Origin: Macrostomum lignano | Taxonomy: Eukaryota | Direction: 5' to 3' | Length of the DNA: 64,000 nucleotides | Assembly: GCA_002269645.1 (NCBI GenBank) | Contig: NIVC01001134.1 | Location: 62,001 to 126,000 of the forward strand | Shown here: piece by piece, positions 63,088 through 64,000 of the stretch | Layout of the letters: each line of letters begins with the position of its first letter | Numbering within the stretch: position 1 is the first letter of the stretch | Position numbers and translations under genes: made by a program | Notes under the pieces: model-generated | Databases searched by the model: none | What the model saw: only the letters and a program-made list of their open reading frames with translations | What the model was told of the DNA's origin: nothing

Positions 63088-63260
63088 GAGAGGCAGGGGG
63101 AGAGGCAGGGAGAGAGGCAGGGAGAGAGGCAGGGAGAGAGGCAGAGGGAGAGGCAGGGAGAGAGGCAGGGAGAGAGGCAGGGGGAGAGGCAGGGAGAGAG
63201 GCAGGGAGAGAAGCAGGGAGAAAAGGCAGGGAGAGAAGCAGGGAGAGAGGCAGAGAGAGA
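63088..63260. repeat. 12-bp minisatellite
   Basis: Unit gggagagaggca. Confidence 0.95.
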
Positions 63261-63378
63261 CCATAATAGTGTCACTGTTATAGCACCCTCTGCCGTCACC
63301 CTTCTGTCACTCTGTGCTGTAACCCTTCCGTCACCCTTCTGGCACTCTAGACTATCACCCCGAAAAACCAAGTTTCAC

Positions 63379-63626
63379 CCGCTCGAGTCCGGCCGGGCCG
63401 TTCCGGAACGGCGCCGTCACCGCTGCTGCCGTCGCCGCCGACGCCGAAAGTCTCCCGGGTGAGGCTGGACAGCGCACCGCGCCAGGCACTACAGGACTCG
63501 GACTTATCCTTAGCCAGCAGCCGAGAAAACTGCTCAAGGTGCTCAGGTTTCGCCAGACCGTTGAGCTGCTCGCTGGGCTTGGCAGCGGCCGCGCGCAGCA
63601 CTTCCGGCCGGGCTGTCGGGTAGCAG
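63379..63626 (-). CDS. TBATA: TBATA-like protein, upstream exon
   Basis: CYPTARPEVLRAAAAK...ESCSAWRGALSSLTRET resembles TBATA SSEAWKKELKELASR. Acceptor ccgctcag|C; donor GCG G|GTGAAA is phase 1 and matches the 44542 acceptor. Confidence 0.6.
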
Positions 63627-63837
63627 CTGAGCGGATTTCCAGCAAGTTTAATTGAAGATCAGCTAAACTCTCAATGTACTGCTTTTACTACTGGTAATTA
63701 GTGTCTGTCAGTAGTGCGCAAAAAATTAAAAAGTAAAATTCTTTAAATTTAATTTCAATTTTGGTTTTTAACGAATATTTAGTAATGATACTGGACAGCG
63801 AATTGAACTCATCTGGTGAGCAGGAATTCAGAGTCGC

Positions 63838-64000
63838 ACCCACGAACAGGTACTCAGCACCCACGAACAGGTACTCAGCACCCACGAACAGGTAATCAGC
63901 ACCCACGAACAGGTACTCAGCACCCACGAACAGGTACTCAGCACCCACGAACAGGTACTCAGCACCCACGAACAGGTAATCAGCACCCACGAACAGGTAA
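63838..64000. repeat. 21-bp minisatellite (runs off the window end)
   Basis: Unit cacccacgaacaggtactcag. Confidence 0.95.

Overview
Eukaryotic (metazoan) genomic DNA. GC-rich exons, introns packed with mini/microsatellites and TTAGGG-type tracts suggest a free-living flatworm such as Macrostomum (inference, not verified). Most of the long ORF-track entries are artefacts of tandem repeats. I assembled the real genes by hand from splice sites and intron phases. They are: an OGT TPR exon (-); a tentative small spliced gene (+); a complete 3-exon cationic amino-acid transporter (-); an orphan 6-exon Cys-rich/mucin-like type-I membrane protein (+); a DEF8-like C1+Rubicon-homology gene (+); a SINE-disrupted C-type-lectin/PAN pseudogene (+); and a TBATA-like gene (-). 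The TBATA-like gene has an ~18.8-kb intron that holds, on the same strand, an intronless gene for a 1316-aa secreted protein built from two blocks of Trp-Lys tandem repeats, followed by head-to-tail Helitron-like units that each carry a telomeric tract. Other mobile DNA includes three non-autonomous DNA elements with 8-bp TSDs (two perfect, one degenerate), a TA-flanked MITE, a decayed Crypton-like remnant, RTE-like LINE fragments (one with a twin-priming-type inversion) and a complete tRNA-derived SINE. The nested secreted repeat-protein gene is the best candidate for something undescribed.
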